DNA from: an uncultured virus (IMG/VR IMGVR_UViG_3300044715_001089)
Lineage: Duplodnaviria > Heunggongvirae > Uroviricota > Caudoviricetes
Direction: 5' to 3' (one strand)
Virus record (IMG/VR): IMGVR_UViG_3300044715_001089
Length of the DNA: 64,000 nucleotides
The notes under the pieces were generated by a model that was not told where the DNA came from, did not search any database, and worked only from the letters and a program-made list of their open reading frames with translations. This document shows positions 32,050 to 42,835 of this stretch, in pieces (within the stretch, counting starts at the first letter, position 1; each line of letters begins with the position of its first letter). The position numbers and the translations under genes are program-made.

Positions 32050-32284
32050 TTCAGCCTCTTTAAAGATTCAGATATGCATCTATTATACATTGAAGATGAG
32101 AAAAAAACAAGAAGTTAAAGCTATATTATAGGAGCTAATAACTTTATAACCAATTTAATGGAAGGCCATATATCTTTAATAAATCTAACTGTAGAAGAAA
32201 TAGCTTGGCGTAATTTCATGTATCCTCTTTTTGATTTGTGATTTGTTATTTTTAGAATATAACTACTCACAACCAGTGAGAATA

Positions 32285-32644
32285 CTATTTAGATGGTTTC
32301 TTCTTTATTTGTTCAAGAGCGTAAGCCCTCATAGCTCTCTTTTGACAACGATGCATAGGAGGTTCATTTATTCTGATCTCGACACCAATATAGACTAAAC
32401 AAGTCGAACACTGCCAATGAGATGGAGCTTCTATCCAGGTCTTGTCTGAAGCTGTTTTAGGTTTTGCGGATTCAACTAAAACTTTTTGCAATGGCTTAGA
32501 AGTAGAAATCTTTTTAATAAAGATAGGAGCATTATCTAAAGAAAGAACCTTAATGCATTTAGGACAGTAATGAGGCTTTCTGCCTCTTATCTTATCTCTT
32601 CTCCAATTCTTGGAGCAATGATTGCAATTAAGTGTTTCTTTCAT
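32285..32644 (-). CDS. Zinc-finger protein
   Basis: CxxC motifs 'CNHC', 'CPKC', 'CSTC'. Confidence 0.65.
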   Translation of the reverse strand: MKETLNCNHCSKNWRRDKIRGRKPHYCPKCIKVLSLDNAPIFIKKISTSKPLQKVLVESAKPKTASDKTWIEAPSHWQCSTCLVYIGVEIRINEPPMHRCQKRAMRAYALEQIKKKPSK

Positions 32645-32696
32645 GACTTTCTTTCGCTAAGGAACAGTAATATACTACAAGTTCTTATAGTAGAAA

Positions 32697-32906
32697 TCAA
32701 CTCTGAATATTTAAATCTTTTTTATAAAGATCTTCCATTATCTCTGTGATTGTATTTAAGACACTTGGATAATGTTCATTGGTAAGAGACCAAAGGTTGG
32801 CTATGGCTTCGCAAATAGATATAGCAGACTTATGAACAGCCTCATGTGGAAGATGTTCTGCTTGTAGCTCTGCATAAACTTTATTGTAAATTTCTGTGTA
32901 ATTCAT
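32697..32906 (-). CDS. Hypothetical protein
   Basis: 69-aa ORF just downstream of the tRNA-Gly. Confidence 0.6.
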   Translation of the reverse strand: MNYTEIYNKVYAELQAEHLPHEAVHKSAISICEAIANLWSLTNEHYPSVLNTITEIMEDLYKKDLNIQS

Positions 32907-32919
32907 ATTTCCCTTCTAG

Positions 32920-32990
<71 letters not shown>

Positions 32991-32999
32991 GAAGGTATA

Positions 33000-33008
33000 A
33001 GTATATCA
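33000..33008 (-). promoter_or_regulatory. Extended -10 promoter for the tRNA-Gly
   Basis: TG-A-TATACT 9 nt upstream of the tRNA 5' end. Confidence 0.55.
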
Positions 33009-33011
33009 CAT

Positions 33012-33185
33012 CTAGCGGTTAGGTTTCGAACCACGAGGACGTATTGGTGCGTCAGGCAAAGATTCACGACAAGCGTTACGTGTATGTAGCATAAGTCTAT
33101 CTGGACTTACGTCTTCAAGGTCGTAACCAGCCCACCATTCAGCAAGCTCTCTTGGCATATAGACTAAAACAACATCATCAAACAT
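33012..33185 (-). CDS. Small hypothetical protein (57 aa)
   Basis: Read manually: MFDDVVLVYMPRELAEWWAGY...; fills the gap between two tRNAs. Confidence 0.55.
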   Translation of the reverse strand: MFDDVVLVYMPRELAEWWAGYDLEDVSPDRLMLHTRNACRESLPDAPIRPRGSKPNR

Positions 33186-33209
33186 AATCAATCTTTCTAT
33201 TTTATTTAG

Positions 33210-33282
33210 CTCCCAGAGTAGGGCTCGAACCTACGACCAACGGATTAACAGTCCGTAGCTCTGCCAACTGAGCTATCTGGGA
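33210..33282 (-). tRNA. tRNA-Asn(GTT)
   Basis: TCCCAGA acceptor, ACGGA-CTGTTAA-TCCGT, GGTTCGAGCC. Confidence 0.95.
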
Positions 33283-33288
33283 AAGTAG

Positions 33289-36200
33289 TTACCAACCACA
33301 GCGAGCAAAGATAAATGCTGATGAAAGTACAAAAACTAAAAGTAGTATTTCATTTCTATACTGCATATACTTACGAGCATATCTTATGCCGTTTCTATAT
33401 ATCTTAGAACTAGCAGATAATTTAGAACCATCTGTGTCACCATGATAAGTAAAGAAATGTTTATCTTCAATAGTTTGAAAATGTTTTACTCCATAATCAA
33501 AACCAGTTAAAAACACTTTTGCAATGTAAATCCATTGTTTAATCTTGTTCATATTTTTGTATATCCTCAATAGTAGGTGATAACAGAGTAGCTGAGACCA
33601 ATAGGCTGTCAGTAAATTTTAAATCATACTCAAGCCTAAAACTGTTAGTAGGAGTCATATACATAGACTCTTCATCAAGTCGAACTATCGTATGAACTTC
33701 AATATGACCATGCATGTACATAGGCTCATAATTGGATATTTCAGGAGAATCAAAATTAAGATAATTACAAATGTGAAATCTTCCATCATTTGAAATAAAA
33801 TAATCATCTAAACATTGATCTAAATCTTTTGTTTGAAATCCATCTTGAGAAATTGTTGAATGGATGAAGGATCTAATTTTAGAGGGAATATATTCCGGTA
33901 TAGGCAAGGGATATTCTATGAATATAGTGTCGTATAATCCCATAAGTAAATTATATCAGATCAGGATCTTCTGTACAATTGTATTCTTCACGTAAAGTGT
34001 TTATTTGAAGCTTAAGTTGGTCGTTTTCTTTTTCCAATAAAGTAGAACGATCAACCCAAAATTTAATTAATTGACGTTGATTAGCTATTAATTCAGACTC
34101 AGTAAGATCAGGTTGATCAGTGTTGTTGGGATGACGCTTTAGTTTTTTAATTACTTCTGTAATTGGATTATGATGTGTCATTTTTTTCCTAAATCTTTTA
34201 TTATACGAATAAAGAACTCTTCAAGAGTAATATCTGCAGATATAGCTGCAAGCTTTATCTTTAAAAATTCTCTGTCATTAAATTTAACAGTGCAAATCTT
34301 TTTATTGTTTGACTGAAGTCTAAAAATAACTTTATGTTTTCTACGATTTTTAATATTAACTAAAATATTCATCTTCATTTTCAACAACTTCAAAACAATC
34401 ATCACAGTACCAAAGTTTATACATTTTACTAGCAGTTACAAGATCTGTGTATCCACCTTGATTTTCATCAAATGAATTTTTACAATTGTTACAAAAATCA
34501 TTATGTATCTCATCTAAGGCACGTGTCATTGCTTTTCTCATTTCTTCAAAATCACTCATAATCTATTACCAACGTTTCTTCAATAGGAAAGGTTATCAAC
34601 CCATTTAATAAAGTATCTACTACAAACTCATCACCCTCAACCCAAAGGGAAGTAAAATGAACTTGTGATCCATCATATAGTTGAGCAAAACCAGGACTAG
34701 AGTGTCCGGTAATTGAAGGATGATCGTGTTCAGCTCTTATAATCATTTGAGTCATTGTACTCTTCCCAGGTTATAGGTAGCATCTTAGGCGTGTTGTGGC
34801 AAGATCCACATTTACCGTTTCCTCTTTGATGGAACATAGAATGACTTGGCCAATCTGTGCAACAACGAAGTATAACTTCGGTTCCCCAATAAGAAGATAG
34901 TCTATCTCTTACTTCTTTAGAGGGTAAAAATATCATTACAACTAATCATCGTGGATATCCCATTCACTTAGTTGTTTACGTATTGCATCTAAGGAAGATG
35001 CAGTAGAAACGCTTTTAGTACTAATGGAATTATTAACTTTTTGGCTATTTAAATTTAAAGTATTTATTAGATCTAAAGCATCGTCTCGATCTGAGTCATT
35101 CATAGTTGCAAGCTTATGCCAAGTTAATCCGTTGTCATAAGATCTCATTATTACGTAAATATGCTGATCAACATCATATTCAGTATCCCAGCCATCAGGA
35201 CCTTCTATCATTAAAGAGTATAGAACGCTCATTTTAATCCAGTCTGTTTTGAATCTTTAATTAACTCATCTATTACAAGCCAAAGAGAAGGCCATTCTCG
35301 TCTGTGCTGATCTATAATTTTTTGATGAAGTTTAGGATTTACAGAACCAATATAATAAGACTGTAAAGAGTCTGATGCGTTATCGTTAAAGACAATATTG
35401 CGCAATCTTAAAATAAGAATATCTCTGTTATCTTTAGAGGATAGCTCTTCTATTTTTTGAGAAATATAATCATGCTTGTGTTTTTGAAACTGGTCTTGAG
35501 ATTTTTTTTGTTTCCAAACATCTTGATAAGGATTAGTGGTGTTAGCAACTTTGTAACTTGTTATTGCAACTTTGTTATCTACTGAAGTAGAAGTAGTTGG
35601 AATCGAAGTATGAGTCTTGGTAACTGCTTTATTATTTAAAGCGTCAGCTATTTTACCAAGAGATACAGCTATGTTGTTTAATGCTCTAACTATTGAATTC
35701 ATTAAATTCTCCTTTTTGTACTCTTAACATAAAAGATATACCCCAATTGTACCACTGACAATCTTCACATTGAGGATCATAAGGATGATCATCAGGAAGA
35801 GCACCTAGCTTTATAGCCTGTTCAGCTTCGGCTAGTACATAAGGGTAAAACTCTTTTATAAGTTTAATGTTCCTATCATTCTGATTCATACGGTTTTCTC
35901 CAAATTGAAGGAGAATGAGATTCTTCTATAGATTGTTTATGTTCAGGATCTTCGTACAACCTTATCATGTGCATACAAGGATCATTGCCTTCTTCAAACT
36001 CATTATCTTCTTCTAAGCTTATAGGAAAGCTATCATGAGTATAACACACAGCAGGACCACACCAGCCTTTGTCTAAACCAATTTTAATCCAATCATCGAA
36101 TGAATTAACCATGACCCAACTCCTTAGAAAGTCTTTCTACTTCAGAAGATAAATGTTGTACTCTTACTTTTAGCTGATCACGTTCTGTTAGAACTTTTTC

Positions 36201-36763
36201 ATTGCCAGGACAATCTAAAATAACAACTTCTAAATATTTAATATGTTCTATTAAAGTTGTGATTACTTGACCATTAATTATATATTCAGCATCAGGACCA
36301 TCAGAAAATTCAATGTTCCAGTCTTTGTCGACTTTTATGGTTGCACCTGATTTAATATTATCCATGATCGATTATATCAAAACGGATCATCATTGGCAAG
36401 GCCATCTATAAATACAATTGGTTGTTCTTTAGGAAAAGGAATTTTACCTTTTGGATCATAGTTAATTTTATTATGAAATTTATCTAAAAGACCGGCAGTA
36501 TTTATTTGAACATCATCTAAATCAAAACCACCTAGCTTTTTATTAGCTATTACTTTATCTAAAGCATTTAAAGCATCCATCATTTGTGATGTATCAATAT
36601 CTTTAAATAGAATTCCTAATTTTTGATTACTTTTAGAATCATTTAATAAAGTTTGAAACTTAGAAGAATATGTTTCTGAGTCTTGGGAAATTGGTTTTTC
36701 AACTCGTTTATTAATCTGAGGCGATGGGAGATTCCAATTATCTGCATATATCATATTGGTCAA
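33289..36763 (-). CDS. Run of ~13 short, overlapping hypothetical phage ORFs
   Basis: Contiguous minus-strand ORFs of 67-157 aa with start/stop overlaps; no recognisable motifs. Confidence 0.65.
36371..36379 (-). promoter_or_regulatory. Extended -10 promoter, leaderless
   Basis: TG-A-TATAAT 5 nt before ATG 36365. Confidence 0.55.
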
Positions 36764-36777
36764 TCCTTCTGTGAGAT

Positions 36778-36822
36778 AAAAAAAACCCTGGAGCTCTTAC
36801 CACCAAAGAGATCCAGGGTTTT
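36778..36822 (-). terminator. Intrinsic terminator (possibly bidirectional)
   Basis: AAAACCCTGGA...TCCAGGGTTTT hairpin with a long T-run on the minus strand. Confidence 0.75.
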
Positions 36823-36831
36823 AATTAAGTA

Positions 36832-37047
36832 TTATAAAGTGAGTTCTACATTATAGAGCCGTTTAAAATCTCTCCGCATGGGATGGAGGGCTGATTCCGT
36901 CCCGTGTGTAGTGTAGATCGGTCCGCATGTTGTCGGAGGGGGGACAATCTTATATGTACCAGATTTATTCCTAACTACGGAGAAACCTAACCGTTCTAAT
37001 TCAGCTAAGACTTTCTTCATCGATTTAGATTGATGCTGTCTTGGCAA
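36832..37047 (-). CDS. HicA-like small protein
   Basis: 'KKVLAELERLGFSVVRNKSG.YKI...TH.T'; AGGAG SD before TTG. Confidence 0.55.
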   Translation of the reverse strand: MPRQHQSKSMKKVLAELERLGFSVVRNKSGTYKIVPPPTTCGPIYTTHGTESALHPMRRDFKRLYNVELTL

Positions 37048-37080
37048 GTGAGCTCCTAACTTCTATAATATCTTGATAAA

Positions 37081-37109
37081 AGTATAGCGCTTACTGAAAG
37101 AAAACGCAA
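37081..37109 (-). promoter_or_regulatory. Sigma-A-like promoter
   Basis: TTGCGT-17 nt-TATACT upstream of the HicA-like gene. Confidence 0.6.
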
Positions 37110-37433
37110 GTATATTAAAAATCTTTTTCTATTAAAGTTATGATAGAAGATATAGGTATATTAATAATACTTGAATAAGATATTTGGTTAGAACCGGTCT
37201 TAGTGCCGACGGATAAAGCTACAGAATAATAAGAATCAATTGGGTTAGATGAGATAAGAAATCCGAAATGTTTCTACTTCATATGTGGAGTTTTCTATTT
37301 GATCTGGAGAAGTCCAAGTATCTTCTAGAGTATAAGAATCTAACCACTTAATATAAATAAGTTTATGATCAGTAATTTTGTTCTTTGTATTATATTTAAA
37401 ATAATCAAAAATAGACATAGAATAATTATAACA

Positions 37434-37607
37434 TTAAAAAGAAGTTGAATCAACGTACAAAGAGCCAAAAACCTGTAAAGCTAAAGACTTTATTTGTTCA
37501 GGTGAAGCAGTACTCTTTGGACGTGCGTAATGAGAAACTACATCATTTCCGTAAAACCTGTTGTCTTTGTACGCATATTTGTTTTTGTTTCTACGTTTCT
37601 TGGACAA
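37434..37607 (-). CDS. Small basic hypothetical protein (57 aa, TTG start)
   Basis: Read manually: (M)SKKRRNKNKYAYKDNRFYG...; overlaps the end of the KTSC gene. Confidence 0.5.
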   Translation of the reverse strand: MSKKRRNKNKYAYKDNRFYGNDVVSHYARPKSTASPEQIKSLALQVFGSLYVDSTSF

Positions 37608-37872
37608 TTTCTTCGCCTTTAGAATAAATGATATTTGAAGTTTTACCTAATTTAAATAAAACTTCTGCTCGAAATTTGTTTCTAACTTCTTTGTTAAATA
37701 CAGAACCAACTGATTTAGATTTAGTCATGTTAATAAAAACTTCTTTAGGCACATCGTAATATACCCAAACAGAATTAGTAGCAAAAGTAATAATCATGTT
37801 ACTGGTATCTTCATACCAATGAATGTGTTGAATAAAAGAACTGTCTATAAAATAGTGTTCGCTGACTGACAT
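37591..37872 (-). CDS. KTSC-domain protein
   Basis: 'SSFI...W...M.ITF....VY.Y.DVP..VF.....KSVG..FN..VR..F'. Confidence 0.8.
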   Translation of the reverse strand: MSVSEHYFIDSSFIQHIHWYEDTSNMIITFATNSVWVYYDVPKEVFINMTKSKSVGSVFNKEVRNKFRAEVLFKLGKTSNIIYSKGEEIVQET

Positions 37873-37946
37873 GGCGCCTCCACTAGGACTCGAACCTAGA
37901 ACGAGGGATTAGAAGTCCCTTGTTATATCCCTTTAACTATAGAGGC
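37872..37946 (-). tRNA. tRNA-Arg(TCT) with encoded CCA
   Basis: GCCTCTA acceptor, AGGGA-CTTCTAA-TCCCT, GGTTCGAGTCC, 3' GCCA. Confidence 0.95.
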
Positions 37947-37954
37947 AAAGTTTA

Positions 37955-38806
37955 TTAGCTTATTGTATCAGGATAACTGTATCTTAATTTTGTTTTCTGA
38001 TCAATAAATAAATTTGCTTCTAAGATAAAATCATTGTTTCTTACAAGATAAGCGAAGCCGTTTATCCAATAAATGCCTTCTACTATAAATCCTTTTTGTT
38101 TTTTAAGAACAGAAGTAGAACACCAAAAGCCATCTTCTAACATCTTATATCTAAATAAACCAAGAGGAACAGAAGACCAAAATAAATTATCTTCAGTCGT
38201 TTGTTGGTCTTTACTAGACTTAAGTGGAACCATTCCATGGGAATAGCAAAAGGTATTGGCAAGTTTCTTAACGGAATCTAATGAAAAATCTTTAGAAGAG
38301 TAAGAATACCAGTCGGTATGCAACTGATAATCCTGAAGAAAATAATAAGAATCTTGCTCATCAAAAGTAGATTCTTTTGTAGATATATATTCTAAAGTAT
38401 TTATCAGCTGCATATCAAACTAGACCTAAGCGTATTCTTCTGAATCAGATAAGATTAACTTAACATAAAGCATCTTGTGTTCGATGGCGGTAAGAAATCT
38501 TACTGCGCCCATTCTCCACTTATTTTGCTTTACTTTATAGTCATTAATTTCATTTTCATCATTAACTTCTGCTAATTCAATAAACTTAATTTTATCTTTA
38601 GACTTTTGAGAAGATAATTGAAACTCAACATCGCGGCGAATAACGCGCAATTGAAAAAGCCAAAGATCTAAATTGTTAGAAAGGATTGTTTTATCCTCTG
38701 AGGAACCTTCGTTTTTAATGTCCTTTAAGACAAGATCATTAAAAGAGTTAAGTTGTGATTCTGTAAGATCTTCTATAGGAAGATCAGACCATATGTCTGT
38801 AGTCAT
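37955..38806 (-). CDS. Two hypothetical proteins (37955-38413, 38426-38806)
   Basis: 152- and 126-aa co-oriented ORFs. Confidence 0.7.
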
Positions 38807-38814
38807 GATTTGTG

Positions 38815-39552
38815 TTAATCCTTGGTTGAAAAGTTATGTGCTGATTTAATGTCTGATAAAAATTGGTCTTGAAAATTCTGACCATTTCTTACAGCGTATA
38901 TTGGTGAATATGTGGGAATGATTGGCCAGTATCCTAACCAAGTTAAATTACCCCTATACTCTTTAAGTTTTACATCTAATCCAAGTAATGAGATTAGAGG
39001 CACTGAACCTAACGTTACAATCAATTTAGGGTTTAATAGTTGAATCTCATTATGAAGATAAGGAGAACAATTAAAAACTTCTTGATTGGTATATTTTCTT
39101 TTGACTGGGCAACGGTTAACGTAAGTTAAACAAACATTAGATGATTCAAAACCGGCTTCTTTCAAAGCAGAAAGAAAGAAAGAAACTGAATCAGAATCTA
39201 AAGAAGGATTATCAGTAATGAATAAAACATCTGGGTTTTTTACATTCCACTTAGGAAGTTCCGGAGTAGTTTGTTGCATCTCACATTTGCGACAATTAAG
39301 TATAACTGTATGCAAGTCTTTTATTTGATGATTAGATTTTCTAGATAAAAGATCTAATCGCAAATCTTGATAGATCTCTGATATAGCTGAAAGCGGAATC
39401 TTATTAGAAAGATGACCGCTTAACAGCTCCAACATATCAGTCTCCATAAAACCCACATGCATCCCAGATTTAGGATGCAGCGGGTTTACCGGAACAGATA
39501 GAGCTTCTTTAATCAGAGAATCTAAATCATCCTGATTAAACTCAGACTCCAT
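38815..39552 (-). CDS. Uracil-DNA glycosylase family-4-like protein (degenerate motifs)
   Basis: 'CRKC', 'YVNRC', 'CSPYL..EI.L.NPK.IVTLG', 'YRG'. GEAPG and HP motifs are replaced by TDNPS and YSP. Confidence 0.75.
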   Translation of the reverse strand: MESEFNQDDLDSLIKEALSVPVNPLHPKSGMHVGFMETDMLELLSGHLSNKIPLSAISEIYQDLRLDLLSRKSNHQIKDLHTVILNCRKCEMQQTTPELPKWNVKNPDVLFITDNPSLDSDSVSFFLSALKEAGFESSNVCLTYVNRCPVKRKYTNQEVFNCSPYLHNEIQLLNPKLIVTLGSVPLISLLGLDVKLKEYRGNLTWLGYWPIIPTYSPIYAVRNGQNFQDQFLSDIKSAHNFSTKD

Positions 39553-39995
39553 TAAAACTGGTTAGGTACTGAAGAGTAAGAAGATGCTGGGGATCCGGCT
39601 TCTGCAGTCTTTGGTGCTTCACCTGACTCATTAGTCTTTGAGTAGTTAGATGCAGCGTAGGACACTGATTCAGCTACGATAACAACCTTAGAGCGGTTAG
39701 CTCCATCTTGTTGCCAACGCTCTTGCACTAAGCGTCCGAGGATTTGAAGTGGTGAACCCTTCTTGAGTTTTCCACCTGTGATTTGAGAATGCAAGAACTG
39801 TGCATTCTTTGAAGCGAAGTTTGTACCTTCTTTGAGATAGTATACTACGTCGAAATAACCTGAGTTATTATCTCCGCCTTTTTCTGAACCAGCGTAATCA
39901 ATAGCTACTCTAAACTTAGCTATTTTATCATTGATTATTTCTGGCTCTGAAACTATACCACCTGAGATGGTTACTACATTCTTTGCGTCTAACAT
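39552..39995 (-). CDS. ssb: Single-stranded DNA-binding protein
   Basis: 'N.V.I.G....PE', 'LKKG..L...GRL....W.....RS...IVA..V', C-terminal F. Confidence 0.85.
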   Translation of the reverse strand: MLDAKNVVTISGGIVSEPEIINDKIAKFRVAIDYAGSEKGGDNNSGYFDVVYYLKEGTNFASKNAQFLHSQITGGKLKKGSPLQILGRLVQERWQQDGANRSKVVIVAESVSYAASNYSKTNESGEAPKTAEAGSPASSYSSVPNQF

Positions 39996-40025
39996 GTTGT
40001 TTACTCCAATATTTAGTTTGATTTA

Positions 40026-40283
40026 TTATTCTTGATTTTCATTTTCAAGAGCTTGTTTGAATGTATCTACAATATAAAGTAGATAATTAGTTGATTCGAT
40101 TATAGCATCACGAGGACCAACGTCTATGGACAAATGGTCGTACAAGTTAACAAATAGATTAAATATTCCAGATTTTAATTCTGTAATATTATCAGTAGAT
40201 ACATTATCATCTACATCGTCTACTAGTGAAAACTTTTCTTCTTTATCATTTTGCATTTGCGTTGCTCCTACGAGATAGAACAT
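40026..40283 (-). CDS. Hypothetical protein (start probably ATG ~40257)
   Basis: Acidic ORF between MerR and SSB. Confidence 0.6.
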   Translation of the reverse strand: MFYLVGATQMQNDKEEKFSLVDDVDDNVSTDNITELKSGIFNLFVNLYDHLSIDVGPRDAIIESTNYLLYIVDTFKQALENENQE

Positions 40284-40554
40284 TGTCTATCATTTCACCT
40301 AGATGCTTACTGTCTTTATACCCTTTATCAAAAAGAATAGATATCACAGGCTTTGGGTTGATATGGTTATAGGTAATAAGTTGAAGATTGAAAACATCAT
40401 TCAAACTATATATTCTATAGTTATTCATATCTCTTTTTGGCTCAGGGTATTTTTTGTTCTTTTCCCTATTGGCTATGGTGAGGGTGGATACATTAAGTAT
40501 TTCTGCTATTTCAGATCTAGTGAATACTGGTTCTGTCATCTTTTGTTTTGCCAT
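40246..40554 (-). CDS. MerR-family HTH DNA-binding protein
   Basis: 'FTRSEIAEILNVSTLTI.N.E......P.R..NNYRIYS'. Confidence 0.85.
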   Translation of the reverse strand: MAKQKMTEPVFTRSEIAEILNVSTLTIANREKNKKYPEPKRDMNNYRIYSLNDVFNLQLITYNHINPKPVISILFDKGYKDSKHLGEMIDNVLSRRSNANAK

Positions 40555-40582
40555 TTTTAATACCTTTTTTAAAGTTTATATA

Positions 40583-40611
40583 AGTATATAATAGCATAAT
40601 AGATTTGTCAA
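40583..40611 (-). promoter_or_regulatory. Near-consensus sigma-70/sigma-A promoter
   Basis: TTGACA-17 nt-TATACT upstream of the MerR-SSB-UDG unit. Confidence 0.8.
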
Positions 40612-40617
40612 GTCGTT

Positions 40618-41688
40618 TTATTCTGATGCTCGAGAAACAAGAATATTTTTGAGTTTTTTCTTAGAAACAGGGAAAGAAGTATGGCTAATGCAATAATTCA
40701 TAATATCCTTAAATGTCTTAGAGATAGTTTTAGGATTAGGAAGAGATGATCTGAAACTATCAGATTGGTAGTATTCATCATGCTCTTCGTCTGAATCTAT
40801 GGATATACTGTTATTCTCACACCATTGATCAAATAAATCATGGACATCTACAGTAGCAAGATCTTCTTGAAAAGTCATTGCAAAAGCTGGATTTGGCCAA
40901 TTAAAAGAAGTAACTTCAGATAACGGTAATGATTCCCAATGTGTGTAAAGCTGGTTTATGACACTCATGCCAAGCTTATAACTAAGGTGAGAACTGTCAG
41001 TTATGCCACGAGATAACTGAATAGGATTCTTTTGAACATAAACAGAAGAAATAGTTTCTGAAAGATCTAAGTTAAAGTTACTAGCCCAAACCCAATCGTA
41101 AGCTGATTCCATGATTCCAGGAACATCAGCAGAATATCTTTCTATATCATCCATGGAATTAAAGAACGGGCGACACAATAATCCGTTAACATAAAAGTTA
41201 GGGATAGGAGGAAGAAAAAGCTGTTGATCAAAATTAACTAAGCTTGATTTGGAAAAGAACATTTTAACTAAACAAGTCCTATTATTATTAGGATCAAATT
41301 CTACAATATAAACTTGCCAAGGAATAGGTAGGTAGTAAGAGTATAATCTTGTATCATCATTTATGTCATGAAGATACTGGTTATAAATATTAATTAGCTT
41401 ATGAGTAGGAGGCTTCTCAAAAACTAAAAAGTTTTTATCAATATGGATAAGACCTGGTGGAATAATGGAATTAGAATTGTAATTGTAAGTATCTTTTGAA
41501 TCTCGATAAAGAGAAATAAAGATATTATCTTTCATCCACTCATTGTAGTAGGTAAATTCAAATTCGTTTTGGTCTTCTATAACATGGCTTATGCCAGAGG
41601 AATCAAATGCGGTAAGAGAATGAACAATTCCTGCATTGGTTGTTTCGTAATTTGAAGAAGTACTTTTAAAGTTTGTTAAGTTATACAT
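40618..41688 (-). CDS. Prokaryotic E2-like (family D / PRTRC-B-like) protein
   Basis: 'LPIPWQVY...MFF...LFLPPIPNFYVNGLLC...W.SNFN.DL'. Confidence 0.6.
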   Translation of the reverse strand: MYNLTNFKSTSSNYETTNAGIVHSLTAFDSSGISHVIEDQNEFEFTYYNEWMKDNIFISLYRDSKDTYNYNSNSIIPPGLIHIDKNFLVFEKPPTHKLINIYNQYLHDINDDTRLYSYYLPIPWQVYIVEFDPNNNRTCLVKMFFSKSSLVNFDQQLFLPPIPNFYVNGLLCRPFFNSMDDIERYSADVPGIMESAYDWVWASNFNLDLSETISSVYVQKNPIQLSRGITDSSHLSYKLGMSVINQLYTHWESLPLSEVTSFNWPNPAFAMTFQEDLATVDVHDLFDQWCENNSISIDSDEEHDEYYQSDSFRSSLPNPKTISKTFKDIMNYCISHTSFPVSKKKLKNILVSRASE

Positions 41689-42835
41689 TCACCTGCTCCT
41701 CAATTGTAGAAGGAGAAATAAGAGGAATTTGATAATTTAATTCAATAGACATTGAGTTTCTAGAATTATAGCTTTCGTAAACTTGATCCATAATATCGTA
41801 GGAGTTTTCTTTAAAGAACTGCAATATTTCAGAAGGGATATCACGGCTATTAAGATTAGTAGCGTTAAGACTGTTATCTAAAACAAGTTTTACAACACAA
41901 TAATTGTTAGAATAATTATCTGTAAAATTTATTGGATCAACATAATGATCTACAGAACTATCTACGTCAGTAGCTGCAATAGAACTAATTGGTTTAACTT
42001 GATGAAAATGCTTTTGTTTTACTTCAGTAACCATGTTCAAAGTTTCTTCAAGAGATAAAAGAGAAAGATTATAAAAAGAGTTAGCTATCTCATAAGCAGG
42101 ATGATGAGATTTAAAGAACTTCAACTTTAATTTTTTAGCTCTTGCATCGATTGAGGAATCAGAAAGATTAATGTAATCTTTGATCATGTAAGAAGAATCT
42201 ATACTTCTCATTAAAGAATACAAATTAGAACCTAAGTCAGTATTCCATCCACCAGAAAAGTATTCATTAAACATATAAGAATGTAAAGTAGCAAAGTCTG
42301 TAATCTGATTATTTTGTAATTTATCTTGGATACCTTGAGCAGAACGGCCTAAACAAATTTTGCCATCACCATAAACATTACAAAAATAGTTAGTAACTAA
42401 ACGATCTTCTAATGAAGATATAGAAGAGTCGTTAAAATATATCTTGTAAGAGTTGATCATTGTGTTTACATCTGCAGATAAATTATAAACAGAAACAGTC
42501 CAGGGGACCCAGACTGTAACTGGTTTAATTGGACGGCGAACACGATTGCTCTTAGTAGGTGAGTAGTCAATCTTCATTTGGAAAGGAGGCCTTTCAACAA
42601 GGAATACTCCTTTATCCATATAACGAACAGCTATTGGATAAGGACCGCTAAGAGAATCTATTAACCGGTTCTTTGGAAACGAATTAATATTTTCTTGAAC
42701 TTGATCTAAAGAAATAATTCCAAGATGAGATGAGAATCTGTAGTATTCAGAATTTTGTCTTTGAAAACGATCAGAAATCAAAGATAGATAATAAAGGTTA
42801 TCATCATATTGTTTATAGATATTAAATGTAGACAT
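41681..42835 (-). CDS. Prokaryotic E2-like (family D / PRTRC-B-like) protein
   Basis: 'VWVPWTV...YF...FCNVYGDGKICLG...YF..GWNTDL'. Confidence 0.7.
   Translation of the reverse strand: MSTFNIYKQYDDNLYYLSLISDRFQRQNSEYYRFSSHLGIISLDQVQENINSFPKNRLIDSLSGPYPIAVRYMDKGVFLVERPPFQMKIDYSPTKSNRVRRPIKPVTVWVPWTVSVYNLSADVNTMINSYKIYFNDSSISSLEDRLVTNYFCNVYGDGKICLGRSAQGIQDKLQNNQITDFATLHSYMFNEYFSGGWNTDLGSNLYSLMRSIDSSYMIKDYINLSDSSIDARAKKLKLKFFKSHHPAYEIANSFYNLSLLSLEETLNMVTEVKQKHFHQVKPISSIAATDVDSSVDHYVDPINFTDNYSNNYCVVKLVLDNSLNATNLNSRDIPSEILQFFKENSYDIMDQVYESYNSRNSMSIELNYQIPLISPSTIEEQVNV

Noticed and set aside
33021..33032. GGTTCGAAACC T-loop-like motif as an extra tRNA
   Set aside because: No acceptor or anticodon arms; it lies inside a small ORF.
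37110..37430. AT-rich non-coding gap as replication origin
   Set aside because: No iterons or DnaA-box cluster recognised; AT richness alone is uninformative here.
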